Shown here piece by piece: positions 49,750 through 60,576 of a stretch of DNA of 64,000 nucleotides. The stretch's first letter is position 1, and each line of letters opens with the position of its first letter. The stretch is from an uncultured Saccharicrinis sp. (GTDB lineage Bacteria > Bacteroidota > Bacteroidia > Bacteroidales > Marinilabiliaceae), in the NCBI GenBank assembly GCA_963663905.2, contig CAXXQP010000001.1, forward strand, positions 28,490 through 92,489, in the 5' to 3' direction. The notes beneath the pieces are model-generated. The model saw only the letters and a list, made by a program, of their open reading frames with translations. It made no database searches and was not told the DNA's origin. A program made the position numbers and the translations under genes.

Positions 49750-49784
49750 TCAAAGTAAGTACACAATACTATAATGAAAATAAG

Positions 49785-50768
49785 ATGAACCAAATTATAA
49801 AGAAAATTGGAGTACTTACCTCAGGAGGAGATGCCCCTGGTATGAATGCAGCCATCAGAGCAGTAGTAAGAAAGTGTGTATATGAAAATATTGAAGTTGT
49901 AGGAATTATAAAAGGTTATCAGGGACTAATAAACGATAACATTATTTCTTTAGACGCTTCTACAGTTAGTGGGATTCTAAAAGAGGGAGGAACAATTTTA
50001 AAATCAGCAAGAAGTGTAGATTTTAGGACAAAAGAAGGAAGAGGAAAAGCATATATTAATTTACAAAAACACAATATTGATGCATTGGTTGTTATAGGTG
50101 GAGATGGAACATTTACAGGGGCTAATGTTTTTAGTCAGGAATATAATTTTCCTATTGTAGGTATTCCTGGTACTATTGATAATGATTTGTTTGGAACAGA
50201 TTTGACTATTGGATATGATACCGCATTGAATACCGTAGTTGAGGCTGTTGATAAAATCAGAGATACTGCTACTGCACACAGTAGGTTATTTTTTGTTGAG
50301 GTAATGGGACGTGATGCCGGTTTTATTGCTTTGAGCGCAGGTGTAGCCTCTGGTGCAGAAGTAGTTCTTTTACCAGAAAAAGAGACTAGTTATCAGGAAT
50401 TAAAAGACTTTTTAGAGAAACAGTATTCCTATGCAAAAGAAAGCAGTATTGTTTTAGTTGCAGAAGGTGAAAAGATGGGGAGTACTATAGAAATAGCTGA
50501 TAGAGTCAATAAGGAACATCCAGAGTATGATGCCAGGGTTACTATATTAGGGCACTTACAAAGAGGTGGTTCACCAACAGTTGTAGATCGTGTTTTAGCA
50601 AGTGAGTTAGGAGTTGCAGCAATTGATGCGTTGTTAGACGATCAGAAAAGTATAATGGTTGGAAATGTTAAAGATGAAATAGTACATATTCCTTTTAACA
50701 GAGCAATAAAAAATAAAAAAAGTATTAATGAAAGACTGCTTAATTTAATTCAGGTCTTGGGTGGTTAA
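49785..50768 (+). CDS. pfkA: ATP-dependent 6-phosphofructokinase
   Basis: TSGGDAPGMNAA, GGDGT, PGTIDND, EVMGR and LGHLQRGG. Confidence 0.97.
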   Translation: MNQIIKKIGVLTSGGDAPGMNAAIRAVVRKCVYENIEVVGIIKGYQGLINDNIISLDASTVSGILKEGGTILKSARSVDFRTKEGRGKAYINLQKHNIDALVVIGGDGTFTGANVFSQEYNFPIVGIPGTIDNDLFGTDLTIGYDTALNTVVEAVDKIRDTATAHSRLFFVEVMGRDAGFIALSAGVASGAEVVLLPEKETSYQELKDFLEKQYSYAKESSIVLVAEGEKMGSTIEIADRVNKEHPEYDARVTILGHLQRGGSPTVVDRVLASELGVAAIDALLDDQKSIMVGNVKDEIVHIPFNRAIKNKKSINERLLNLIQVLGG

Positions 50769-51047
50769 TATTTTCATAATCAAATGTAATATATAGATAG
50801 GTATTTTGAAATGAGTAAAATCTTATTCATAGAATATTTCTAAAAATGATACCCTAATAAATATTCAATTATTGTTTTATACTAAGCTTAATAATGGTGT
50901 TAAAGATTATGAGTACGTTATTTGCAAGTTTTAATTAATAATGAGGATGTCCATTTAGTCAATATTTATTAGAAACACATTAATAAGAACTACATAATAT
51001 ACTTTTATCAGGAAATGTAATTGCAAATAATATTTAAATATTAAATA

Positions 51048-51434
51048 ATGGATAAAAAAGTTATAGGAGTAAAGTTATTGTTTTTTTGTTTCTGCATTTT
51101 AATAGGATGCACAACGAAAAATGCAAATAAAGGAATAGATAATGATTATTTAGGTCATTGGGAAATACGAATTAAAGAAATGCCCAAAGTAGGAGATGTT
51201 AGCTTTGATATGAATATAATGGGAAATGACTCTGCCTATTATGGGTATTTTGTTGAGTTAAATGGAGATACTGTATTTTTTAATAAAGTTGAACTGGAAG
51301 ATGAATGTTTAAATACAGAATATGAATGGGGTGGACATGAAGTCGGTTTTAAAGTAAAACTTCATGAAAATAATAAAAATATTCTAGAAGGTAGTTTTAT
51401 GAGGTTTTTTGATATAGAAGGAAAGAGAAAATGA
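51048..51434 (+). CDS. Hypothetical lipoprotein
   Basis: LIGC lipobox; GHWEI...FFDIEGKR, similar to 24044-24427. Confidence 0.7.
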   Translation: MDKKVIGVKLLFFCFCILIGCTTKNANKGIDNDYLGHWEIRIKEMPKVGDVSFDMNIMGNDSAYYGYFVELNGDTVFFNKVELEDECLNTEYEWGGHEVGFKVKLHENNKNILEGSFMRFFDIEGKRK

Positions 51435-51505
51435 CATTATCCGTTATGTGTTTATTATTAAACTATGTCGTGTAAAATAATTTGTTAGATAGGATAGCTT
51501 TTATA

Positions 51506-51970
51506 ATGATTAGTAAAAAATTAATTGCTTTAGTTGCCCATGATAATCGAAAGCAAGATTTAATTGAATGGGTTAAATATAATTGGAGAGAATTAATTCT
51601 TCATGATTTAGTTTGCACTGGTACAACAGGTGCTATGGTAACAAAAGAATTAGAACAAAAGTGTAAAGAGAATAATGTTGGGCTTCCAAATATCGTACGC
51701 TTAAAGTCTGGTCCATTAGGAGGAGATCAACAATTAGGAGCTTTAATTACAGATGAAGCTGTTGGTATATTAGTTTTCTTTTGGGATCCTATGCAACCAC
51801 AACCGCATGATGTTGATGTAAAAGCATTGTTGCGTATATGTGCTTTATATAATGTTGTTACAGCAACCAATAGGGCAACTGCTGACTTTGTAATTTCAAG
51901 TACATTATTTCATGAGAAATATTTTCCTATAATTAAAGATTATAGTTCATATGTAAATCGTGTAATTTGA
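51506..51970 (+). CDS. mgsA: Methylglyoxal synthase
   Basis: ALVAHD, TGTTG, SGPLGGDQQ, FFWDP and PHDVDVKALLR. Start moved to the ATG at 51506. Confidence 0.95.
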   Translation: MISKKLIALVAHDNRKQDLIEWVKYNWRELILHDLVCTGTTGAMVTKELEQKCKENNVGLPNIVRLKSGPLGGDQQLGALITDEAVGILVFFWDPMQPQPHDVDVKALLRICALYNVVTATNRATADFVISSTLFHEKYFPIIKDYSSYVNRVI

Positions 51971-52469
51971 TAATTACTTACTAGCCGAAGATTTTTGATT
52001 TGTATTAGTTTTTAAATGATTATCAAAGAATGTATTTTCTTTGGTAATCATTTTGAGCTTTGATGTTTTGTTATTAGAATTTAATATTTAATAAGATGGT
52101 AAAGTATAGTGAGTTTGAAAATGAAAAAATAGATCGGTTAAATTACGAACTTATTAAGCAAAGATCAGATATTGAGTATTTTTCAATATTTTCAGTAAGA
52201 GGAAATTATATACAAAGTGGGAAATATCTTGTTATAGAATCCTTAAGTATGATGCCATCTGGAAATTACATTTTAATAATTAATAAAATTAATGGTAGTT
52301 GTGAAATATTTACCATTAGGAGAAAATAGTAATAGCAAATTTAAAGCATATGAAACATGTATATGTTAGTTATAGGAAAATAAAATTATGCAATATGATA
52401 TTTGCTGTATTATTTACTTGTGTTAAAAGAGACGAATTCTTTTGTAGAAAGTATTTTTACAAAGACTCA

Positions 52470-52672
52470 TTTGCAACTTTTAAGATGTTAGAAATGAATA
52501 GCTATCACCTGAACGAAAACAACCTTTATACAATAGCTTGAGAATAGACTTATTTGCAGTAAATGTACGATGGCGTTATGGGATAATTTAATATGATCTT
52601 CGTTTATCAATAATAGTTTAAATTCAAAGATTAAAAGCCACTATCAAACGTTCTGATAGTGGCTTTTTTTAT
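52470..52672 (+). ncRNA. Candidate sRNA unit, decayed copy 2
   Basis: TTTGCAACTTTT...ATCACCTGAACGAA...GATGGCGTTAT...AAAGATTAAAAGCCACTATCA-aacgttc-TGATAGTGGCTTTT; homologous to 12957-13176. Confidence 0.4.
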
Positions 52673-52714
52673 GAAATTTGTAAGGTTCTCAATTTTAAAG
52701 ATAGGTTATGTTTT

Positions 52715-53518
52715 GGTTCTGTCGCATTAATAAGTTAGATGTTTTTTCTATCGCAAATACTAGCTTTTATGCTGCCAAACTTCTAAAAATTTGCCAATTA
52801 GACAGAGCATACCCATGAACAACTTGTTGTTTCTGAATCATTCGTATTAATTCAAGTCCGGTCAAAGTGTTTTTCGCCGAAGAAAAACTTTTGAAGCCAA
52901 GCATGGGATTTATCCTTCTTTTGATGAACCGATGATCCTGTTCTATTCGATTATTAAGGTATTTATGACACCGTTTTTCAATTCTTGTTATTTCTTCATT
53001 GTTAGTATAATCTTCATTGATCTGATCTAAAGCAGCTATATTTGCTCCACTCTTGTCTATAGTTACTTTTGCCGGAATTCCATTATTGGCAAATGCTTTA
53101 TAAAAGAAGGTCAATGCGGCTTTCTTATCTCGATTCTCGGAGAGATAGAAATCTACTGTCTGGCCTTGCTTATCAACTGCTCTATAGAAATACACCCACT
53201 TGCCATTAACCTTTATATAAGTCTCATCCATGTACCAACTAAGCCCTACACGCTTTTTTCGTTTGTTCAATTCTGTATTCAATAATGGTGAAAAATGATT
53301 AACCCAACGTTGAATAGTCGAATGATCAATGAAAACCCCGCGAAGGAAGAGTAGTTCTTCGACATCACGATAACTCAAACTAAATCTGAGTTTATAAAAA
53401 ACAGTTTGAAGAATTACTTCTTTGGGAAATCTAAATCCCTTAAACCATCCAACTTGTGCTTGTATCATATTCAAAAATAGTAATCTTTAAGATACAATAT
53501 TATTAATGCGACAGAACC
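52715..53518 (-). mobile_element. IS6-family insertion sequence (804 bp)
   Basis: Perfect 19-bp terminal inverted repeats GGTTCTGTCGCATTAATAA; no flanking target duplication. Confidence 0.95.
52767..53474 (-). CDS. IS6-family transposase
   Basis: FKGFRFP, WYMDETYIKVNG, YRAVD and LNNRIEQDHRFIK. Confidence 0.95.
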   Translation of the reverse strand: MNMIQAQVGWFKGFRFPKEVILQTVFYKLRFSLSYRDVEELLFLRGVFIDHSTIQRWVNHFSPLLNTELNKRKKRVGLSWYMDETYIKVNGKWVYFYRAVDKQGQTVDFYLSENRDKKAALTFFYKAFANNGIPAKVTIDKSGANIAALDQINEDYTNNEEITRIEKRCHKYLNNRIEQDHRFIKRRINPMLGFKSFSSAKNTLTGLELIRMIQKQQVVHGYALSNWQIFRSLAA

Positions 53519-53680
53519 AAAGAAACAGCTAAGGAGATGGGAGCATCATCAATTTATCTGGAAAGCAATACAATATTAAAACCAGCTATTAACCTATACT
53601 ATAAGTTAGGTTTTAAAAAAATAATAGGCCATACAACTACTTACAAACGTTGTAATATTCAAATGGAATTAACTTTATAA
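53519..53680 (+). pseudogene. 3' remnant of a GNAT acetyltransferase truncated at the IS6 end
   Basis: An open frame from the IS boundary reads KETAKEMGASSIYLESNTILKPAINLYYKLGF...RCNIQMELTL*, the C-terminus of Bacteroidota (MarR-)GNAT proteins. Confidence 0.8.
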
Positions 53681-53690
53681 ATTACAAGAA

Positions 53691-54017
53691 ATGAAAAATG
53701 TAGTAAAAAAGGGAGATGCTTATAAAAAACAATTTTTAGGTGTTGATTTTGTCGTGCTTTCAATAGGGAAAGATACAATGGTCACAAAAATGTTATACAA
53801 ACCAACGGATAGTGTTCCTACACATAAGCACCCCAACGAACAAAGTGGGTATATTATTTCCGGTAAATATAAATTGTCATTTAATGGCCACGAATATTTA
53901 TTATCAGAGGGGGATACTTATTCTATTCCGGCAGATATAGAACATACTTTTGAAATAATTGAAGCCGGGCAGGTAGTTGATGTTTTTAGTCCAATTAGGC
54001 AAGATTATTTGCAATAA
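53691..54017 (+). CDS. Cupin-domain protein (KdgF-like)
   Basis: HKHPNEQ...IPADIEH cupin motifs. Confidence 0.88.
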   Translation: MKNVVKKGDAYKKQFLGVDFVVLSIGKDTMVTKMLYKPTDSVPTHKHPNEQSGYIISGKYKLSFNGHEYLLSEGDTYSIPADIEHTFEIIEAGQVVDVFSPIRQDYLQ

Positions 54018-54122
54018 GATAAAATTACAAGTGACAATTTTTTCTTTAGCGAAAGAGCTATAATTAAACCAAATGATTAATACAAAATTAATTATACATA
54101 TTACACAAACATAATAATATCT

Positions 54123-54347
54123 ATGACTCAATACATTGGTTATTTTGCTCTTTCGCTAAATCTACTATCTATGTCAATAAAAAATGTCTTTTATTTGAGG
54201 ATATGTGCATTAATAGCAAACCTCATTTATATTGTATATGGCTTCTTGCTTAGTGCACCTCCCATTTATATTGGTTGTACGATTGCAGTACTTTTACATT
54301 CATACTGGATTTATAGAATTATAAAAGAAGAAAAATATGATACATGA
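54123..54347 (+). CDS. Small inner-membrane protein (YgjV-like)
   Basis: 74 aa, three hydrophobic helices, LR..N..IYIVYG pattern. Confidence 0.65.
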   Translation: MTQYIGYFALSLNLLSMSIKNVFYLRICALIANLIYIVYGFLLSAPPIYIGCTIAVLLHSYWIYRIIKEEKYDT

Positions 54348-54927
54348 AGAGTTAATAAAACAGATAGAGTTTATTAAAGAAATAGATAAAATAAAATACA
54401 TTGAAAGGCGCACTAAGTTATTTAATAGCAACAGAAATGAAAATGACGCTGAACACAGTTGGCATCTGGCAATAATGGCATTAATTTTAGGTGGTTATTC
54501 TGATGAAAGAATAGATTTGTTTAAGGTTATAAAAATGGTTTTGATACATGATATTGTAGAAATTGATGCTGGTGATACTTTTATTTATGACCAAAATAAA
54601 AATCATGAAAATACTGCTGAAGAATTAGAATCTGCAAAACGTATTTTTGGAATCTTACCTAATGCTCAAGCTCTGGAATTATTAGAATTATGGAAAGAAT
54701 TTGAGGAAGCTATTTCTCCAGAGGCGAGGTTTGCAAAAACTTTAGACAGATTCGAACCTTTATTGCAAAATACGTCTAATAATGGTGGTACATGGAAAGA
54801 ATTTGATGTAAAATATAACACTGTATATGATAAGAAAAAAATCATTAAAGAAGGTTCTAAAGAATTGTGGAATTATGCAGAAAGTTTACTTGAGGATAGT
54901 GTAAAAAAGGGGATTTTGAAAAAATAG
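54337..54927 (+). CDS. HD-domain phosphohydrolase (HD_3/YfbR-like)
   Basis: ENDAEHSWH and LIHDIVEIDAGD. Confidence 0.92.
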   Translation: MIHEELIKQIEFIKEIDKIKYIERRTKLFNSNRNENDAEHSWHLAIMALILGGYSDERIDLFKVIKMVLIHDIVEIDAGDTFIYDQNKNHENTAEELESAKRIFGILPNAQALELLELWKEFEEAISPEARFAKTLDRFEPLLQNTSNNGGTWKEFDVKYNTVYDKKKIIKEGSKELWNYAESLLEDSVKKGILKK

Positions 54928-55103
54928 GGAAAGTTCATGATTAATATACGCATGATATTCAATGAAATATACTATGCTTATTTAGATAGAGAGAATGGAT
55001 ATTGAAAACAGAATCTTAAACCAAAACAAATTGTCATACTTGCGGAAGTAAACCTATTTGTAATGGGTGTAGTGATTGTGGGAGGTGTTGAAATTGAGTT
55101 TAT

Positions 55104-56000
55104 TCAATTCAAATTTCTATACTCACTTGGAGAAACCCCAACACTCTTTTTAAACATCCGCGTGAAATGCTGAGGATATTTAAAGCCTAACTCGTAGGCA
55201 ATTTCACTTACCGATTTCGTTTCGTCAAGAATACGTTCTTTAGCGATGTTCATAATCTTTAAATGGATATACTCCTGAGCTGATTTGCCAGTTTCCTTTT
55301 TAACCATATCACCAAAATAATTGGCTGATAAATGTAATTGGTCGGCAAAGTAGGCAACGGACGGTAAACCTTCCAATTGTGGTTGCTCCGATTTAAAATA
55401 GGAATTCAATTGTTTCTCGAATTTTTCTAATGCTCCCATATTAAGCTGTTCACGGGTGATAAACTGGCGATCGTAGAAACGTTGGCAGTAATCGAGCAAT
55501 AGTTCTATATTGCGAGTAATTAATGTTTTACTATGTTTATCAATGGTCTGTGAAAGCTCGAACTGTATCTTATCATAAAGGTCATAGATAATTTGCTTTT
55601 CCCTTTGCGAAATATGCAATGCTTCATTTAGTTCATATGAGAAAAAATGATACTTACTGATATTTTGTCCCAGGGAAGTTCCATTAATTAAATCAGGATG
55701 AAATATCAACGTCAAACCTTTGTGTGGTTTGTAACTCTCATCATGATTTACTCCAATTACTTGACCAGGGCCAATAAAAACAAGTGTTCCTTCGTCATAA
55801 TCATATTTTTTTCTGCCATATCCGAGTTCGCCACAAACAGTTTCTTTTAAAAACACAGCATAAAAATCAAAATGATACCTGCCATTTGGTAACGGAATTT
55901 GATTCGTGTTATCAGTCACACTTACTAACGGATGTAATGTTTCTGTTTGTTTCAAAGCATTGTATTGCGATATCTTTTCTAAACGAATTACCTGTTCCAT
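55104..56000 (-). CDS. AraC-family transcriptional regulator
   Basis: YGRKKYDYDEG and IAYELGFKYPQHFTRMFKK. Start moved to MEQVIRL (56000). Confidence 0.93.
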   Translation of the reverse strand: MEQVIRLEKISQYNALKQTETLHPLVSVTDNTNQIPLPNGRYHFDFYAVFLKETVCGELGYGRKKYDYDEGTLVFIGPGQVIGVNHDESYKPHKGLTLIFHPDLINGTSLGQNISKYHFFSYELNEALHISQREKQIIYDLYDKIQFELSQTIDKHSKTLITRNIELLLDYCQRFYDRQFITREQLNMGALEKFEKQLNSYFKSEQPQLEGLPSVAYFADQLHLSANYFGDMVKKETGKSAQEYIHLKIMNIAKERILDETKSVSEIAYELGFKYPQHFTRMFKKSVGVSPSEYRNLN

Positions 56001-56079
56001 AATTGTTATTATAAAAATCCAATACAAAGATAAGGTGCTTATTTCAAATATTTTAAATCTCAATTCTAAATCAGTAATT

Positions 56080-56188
56080 ATGGTATAACAACCTGTAATT
56101 TGTATAAGTTTCGGATTTATAACAATTGATTTACTGATTCAAATCTGTCAATATGTAAAAATGGTATATACATCTGTAATCTGTATAA
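56080..56188. promoter_or_regulatory. Two copies of ATGGTATAnnnnCTGTAATyTGTATAA, putative AraC operators
   Basis: Copies at 56080-56107 and 56161-56188 in the divergent araC/flavodoxin spacer; a third copy at 58833-58860. Confidence 0.65.
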
Positions 56189-56246
56189 AAAAATATTGTC
56201 TCATTCACCTCACCTTTGTATCGTTGAATTTTTTAAGATGGATATA

Positions 56247-56759
56247 ATGAAAAAGACATTAATAGCATATTACTCACGCAAAGGTCAAAATTACGTGGGA
56301 GGTAGTATTGTAGAATTACCAGTTGGTAATACCGAGGTAATTGCTAATAAAATTCAAGCAATTACAGGTAGTGATATGTTTCAGATAGATACTATTAAGG
56401 AATATCCTATAGATTATATGGAAACAACCCGAGTCGCAAAAAATGAGTTGAACAATGATGCCAGACCTGATTTAGCGGATGAAGTGCATGATATGGATGA
56501 TTACGATGTGGTTTATTTAGGATATCCCAATTGGTATGGAACTTTCCCTATGGCTGTTTTTACATTTTTAGAATCATACGATTTCTCCGGAAAAACAATA
56601 ATTCCATTTTGTACACACGAAGGAAGTGGTATGGGAGGATTAAGTGATATTCAATTATTATGCCCGGAGGCAATGGTTGACAGAGGAATTGCTATCAGAG
56701 GAGGTAGCGTTCATGGTGCAGATAGTATCGTAAAAAATTGGATTTCAAAACTGAAATAA
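56247..56759 (+). CDS. Flavodoxin (flavodoxin_4 type)
   Basis: YYSRKG...GNT, GYPNWYG and FCTHEGSG. Start moved to 56247. Confidence 0.9.
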   Translation: MKKTLIAYYSRKGQNYVGGSIVELPVGNTEVIANKIQAITGSDMFQIDTIKEYPIDYMETTRVAKNELNNDARPDLADEVHDMDDYDVVYLGYPNWYGTFPMAVFTFLESYDFSGKTIIPFCTHEGSGMGGLSDIQLLCPEAMVDRGIAIRGGSVHGADSIVKNWISKLK

Positions 56760-56768
56760 TACAATTAC

Positions 56769-57425
56769 ATGTTTGAAGATATTAAAGCAATTTATAAAAA
56801 TGATCCGGCAGCCGAAGGTATGTTGTTTATACTTTATCCAGGTTTATGGGCTATTACAATACATCGATATGTTTCACATCCTCTATACTGGTTAAGTACT
56901 AAAATTAAGAATCCTTTTCATCGGAATATTTTTAAATTTTTTGCTGTATTATTCTCTCAAATAGTACGATTACTTACTCAAATTGAAATTCATCCCGGAG
57001 CCAAGATTGGGAAAGGTTTGTTTATAGACCATGGAAATGGAATTGTGATTGGTGAAACGACTGTTATTGGCAATCATTGTATGATATTTCATAATGTAAC
57101 TATTGGCGGAACAGGGAATCATACAGGAAAACGTCACCCATCAATTGGCAATAATGTTTGCGTTGGAACAGGATCGACTTTGCTCGGTCCTATAAAGGTG
57201 GCTGATAATGTTAAAATCGGAGCCCAAAGTATGATTGTAATGCAAGATGTACCTGCAAATACAACCGTTGTTGGTGCTCCGGCTCGTATTGTGAAAATAA
57301 ATGGAGTTAAAATAGATTTGCCTTTACCAAAGATTGGTTGCTCTAATGAATCGGGCAAAGAAATTACAATGCATGTTTGGAAAAAAGAGGATTGCTACCC
57401 ATTTCAAAAATGCTGTAACGGATAG
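56769..57425 (+). CDS. cysE: Serine O-acetyltransferase (CysE/EpsC-like)
   Basis: [20 protein letters not shown] and KRHP hexapeptide repeats. Confidence 0.85.
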   Translation: MFEDIKAIYKNDPAAEGMLFILYPGLWAITIHRYVSHPLYWLSTKIKNPFHRNIFKFFAVLFSQIVRLLTQIEIHPGAKIGKGLFIDHGNGIVIGETTVIGNHCMIFHNVTIGGTGNHTGKRHPSIGNNVCVGTGSTLLGPIKVADNVKIGAQSMIVMQDVPANTTVVGAPARIVKINGVKIDLPLPKIGCSNESGKEITMHVWKKEDCYPFQKCCNG

Positions 57426-57455
57426 AATGATTGAATGTTTTTTTAAACAAAAAAG

Positions 57456-58688
57456 ATGGTAGGAATAACACACAAATATAAAATAGATAAAGACAGTAAA
57501 ATGCTATTAGGTGTTCTAGCTGCACTAATGGCTCTTACTTCATTGTCAACCGATGCTTATTTACCAGCATTACCACAAATGCAAATTGATTTAGCCGGGG
57601 ATGTTGAATTAACAATCACAGGGTTTCTGATAGGATTCTCTATTGGGCAACTATTTTGGGGGCCAATTAGCGACAGATTTGGAAGGGTACTACCAATGAC
57701 TATTGGAATGATTGTATTTATTGTAGGTTCAATAGGTTGTGCATTTTCTCAAAATATTGCACAAATCTTAATCTGGAGAGTAATTCAGGCTTTGGGGGCG
57801 TGTACTGGCCCAATGCTATCAAGAGCTATGGTTCGTGATTTATATAACAGTAATAAAGCTGCTGAAATGTTATCGACACTGACAATAATTATGGCAATTG
57901 CTCCAATTATAGGGCCAATATTTGGTGGACAGATATTAAAATTTAGTTCGTGGCACAGCATCTTTGGGATGTTAGTTTTAATTGGTGTATTATTGTTTGT
58001 TGCTATTCGTATGTTACAAGAAACTATGCCTCCTGAAAAAAGACCGGATTCGTCACTGGCAGAAGCTTTTGGAAAATACAAGGTTTTATTAATGAATCGA
58101 AAATTCATGACCTATACACTTAGTGTTACCTTTTACTATGTTGCTGCATATGCTTTTATTACTGGCTCTCCAAAGGTGTATATTACCTACTTTGGTGTTA
58201 AGTCAGAATACTATGGATGGTTGTTTGCCATTAACATTGTTGGTATAATGACATTGAGCTTTTTTAACCGCAAACTAGTGTATCGATTCTCATTAGATAA
58301 ACTACTCCGTTTTTCAACAGGAATTGCAATGTTTGCTGCTATTGTTCTGGCAATATTGAGTAAGTTGAGCATTATTGGGATTTTAGGAGTTATAATACCC
58401 GTATTTCTGTTCTTCTCTATGAATGGTATCATTGCAGCTACAGCCACGGCATCTGCCTTGGATGGTGTTCCTGAAATGGCAGGTGCAGCTTCAGCTCTTT
58501 TAGGTTCGCTTCAATACGGAAGTGGTATTTTATCTTCCTTATTACTGGCCATTTTTTCTGACGGAACACCATGGACAATGAGTTGGGTTATTGCTGTATT
58601 TACTACAGCTTCTGCATTAGTGCTCTATTTACTTCCTCGTGAAGGAACTTCAGGTTTACTTCAACCAATAAGAATAAAAGCAAATTGA
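57456..58688 (+). CDS. Bcr/CflA-family multidrug MFS transporter
   Basis: DAYLPALP, GPISDRFGR and RAMVRDLY; 12 transmembrane helices. Confidence 0.93.
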   Translation: MVGITHKYKIDKDSKMLLGVLAALMALTSLSTDAYLPALPQMQIDLAGDVELTITGFLIGFSIGQLFWGPISDRFGRVLPMTIGMIVFIVGSIGCAFSQNIAQILIWRVIQALGACTGPMLSRAMVRDLYNSNKAAEMLSTLTIIMAIAPIIGPIFGGQILKFSSWHSIFGMLVLIGVLLFVAIRMLQETMPPEKRPDSSLAEAFGKYKVLLMNRKFMTYTLSVTFYYVAAYAFITGSPKVYITYFGVKSEYYGWLFAINIVGIMTLSFFNRKLVYRFSLDKLLRFSTGIAMFAAIVLAILSKLSIIGILGVIIPVFLFFSMNGIIAATATASALDGVPEMAGAASALLGSLQYGSGILSSLLLAIFSDGTPWTMSWVIAVFTTASALVLYLLPREGTSGLLQPIRIKAN

Positions 58689-58822
58689 TTATAAGCATTG
58701 ATATTATGTGAGATTCACAGGTTAAAATCAGCCTAAAAACAATTAGGCTAACTATTAATTTTGTGAACCTTTTTTGTTTAATTTATTCTGTTTTATCATT
58801 TTGTATATCTGCTACTTAACGT

Positions 58823-58860
58823 ATATGTAAAAATGGTATAAACACCTGTAATCTGTATAA
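58823..58860. promoter_or_regulatory. Third putative AraC operator upstream of the aldo/keto reductase
   Basis: ATATGTAAAAATGGTATAAACACCTGTAATCTGTATAA differs from 56151-56188 at two positions. Confidence 0.65.
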
Positions 58861-58915
58861 CAACTCCTCCTGTTTTTCATCAGATATTTGTAATGTGAAA
58901 TTTTCAAAAACATAA

Positions 58916-59917
<1,002 letters not shown>

Positions 59918-59928
59918 AATACAAAAGA

Positions 59929-60501
59929 ATGAAAAATATTAAGCTAATAGTTGTCAGTGCAATAAGTATCCTATTCGGAATAAATATGCAAGCACAAAAT
60001 AAAAGTTTGGTGGTTTATTTCTCTCATAGCAATAATACCAAAGTTATAGCAGAATATATCAGCGAGATTACAGGTGCTGATATTGTAAGGATTGAACCTG
60101 TTGAACCTTATCCTAAAGAATATCAGGCTGTGGTTGACCATGCGAAAAAGGAAATCAATGCCAATTTCAAACCAAAATTAAAGACCAAAATCGATAATAT
60201 CGAACAGTACGATACTATTTATGTCGGGTCGCCTAACTGGTGGAGTACAATAGCACCACCAGTAGCCACTTTTCTTTCTTCTTACAATTTTAAAGGAAAA
60301 ACTATTGCACCTTTTATTACGCACGAAGGTAGTCGTTTGGGCAGAAGTGTAGCTGACATACGAAAGCTCTGTCCCGATGCGAATATACTTAAAGGTTATT
60401 CTCGTTGGGGAAGCCAGGTAAACGGTGCAAAAAACGAAGTTGAAACCTGGATAAATGAAACGAGCCATGAGCACCAGACTCAAACAAAAGTGCATGACTA
60501 A
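59929..60501 (+). CDS. Secreted flavodoxin-like protein
   Basis: Signal peptide, YFSHSNNT, GSPNWW and FITHEGS. The last 15 residues are read from the repeat element. Confidence 0.9.
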   Translation: MKNIKLIVVSAISILFGINMQAQNKSLVVYFSHSNNTKVIAEYISEITGADIVRIEPVEPYPKEYQAVVDHAKKEINANFKPKLKTKIDNIEQYDTIYVGSPNWWSTIAPPVATFLSSYNFKGKTIAPFITHEGSRLGRSVADIRKLCPDANILKGYSRWGSQVNGAKNEVETWINETSHEHQTQTKVHD

Positions 60502-60522
60502 ATTAGCGAGTTCCATCTGACC
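60450..60522 (+). repeat. ~70-bp interspersed intra-operon element, copy A
   Basis: GATAAATGAAACGAGCCATGAGCAC...GTGCATGACTAAATTAGCGAGTTCCATCTGAC. Confidence 0.75.
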
Positions 60523-60576
60523 ATTGAAAATAAATTTAAACAGATGAAATTAAATAATGATTTAAACACAAAAATT

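Noticed and set aside
52096-52541. ORFs 52096-52329 and 52350-52541
   Set aside because: Short, very AT-rich and motif-less; the second runs into the decayed sRNA-like repeat.
12957-52672. The two ~220-bp direct repeats as attL/attR of a 39-kb island
   Set aside because: The copies are substantially diverged with indels, there is no integrase or tRNA target, and the promoter-terminator anatomy fits an RNA gene better. Not fully excluded.
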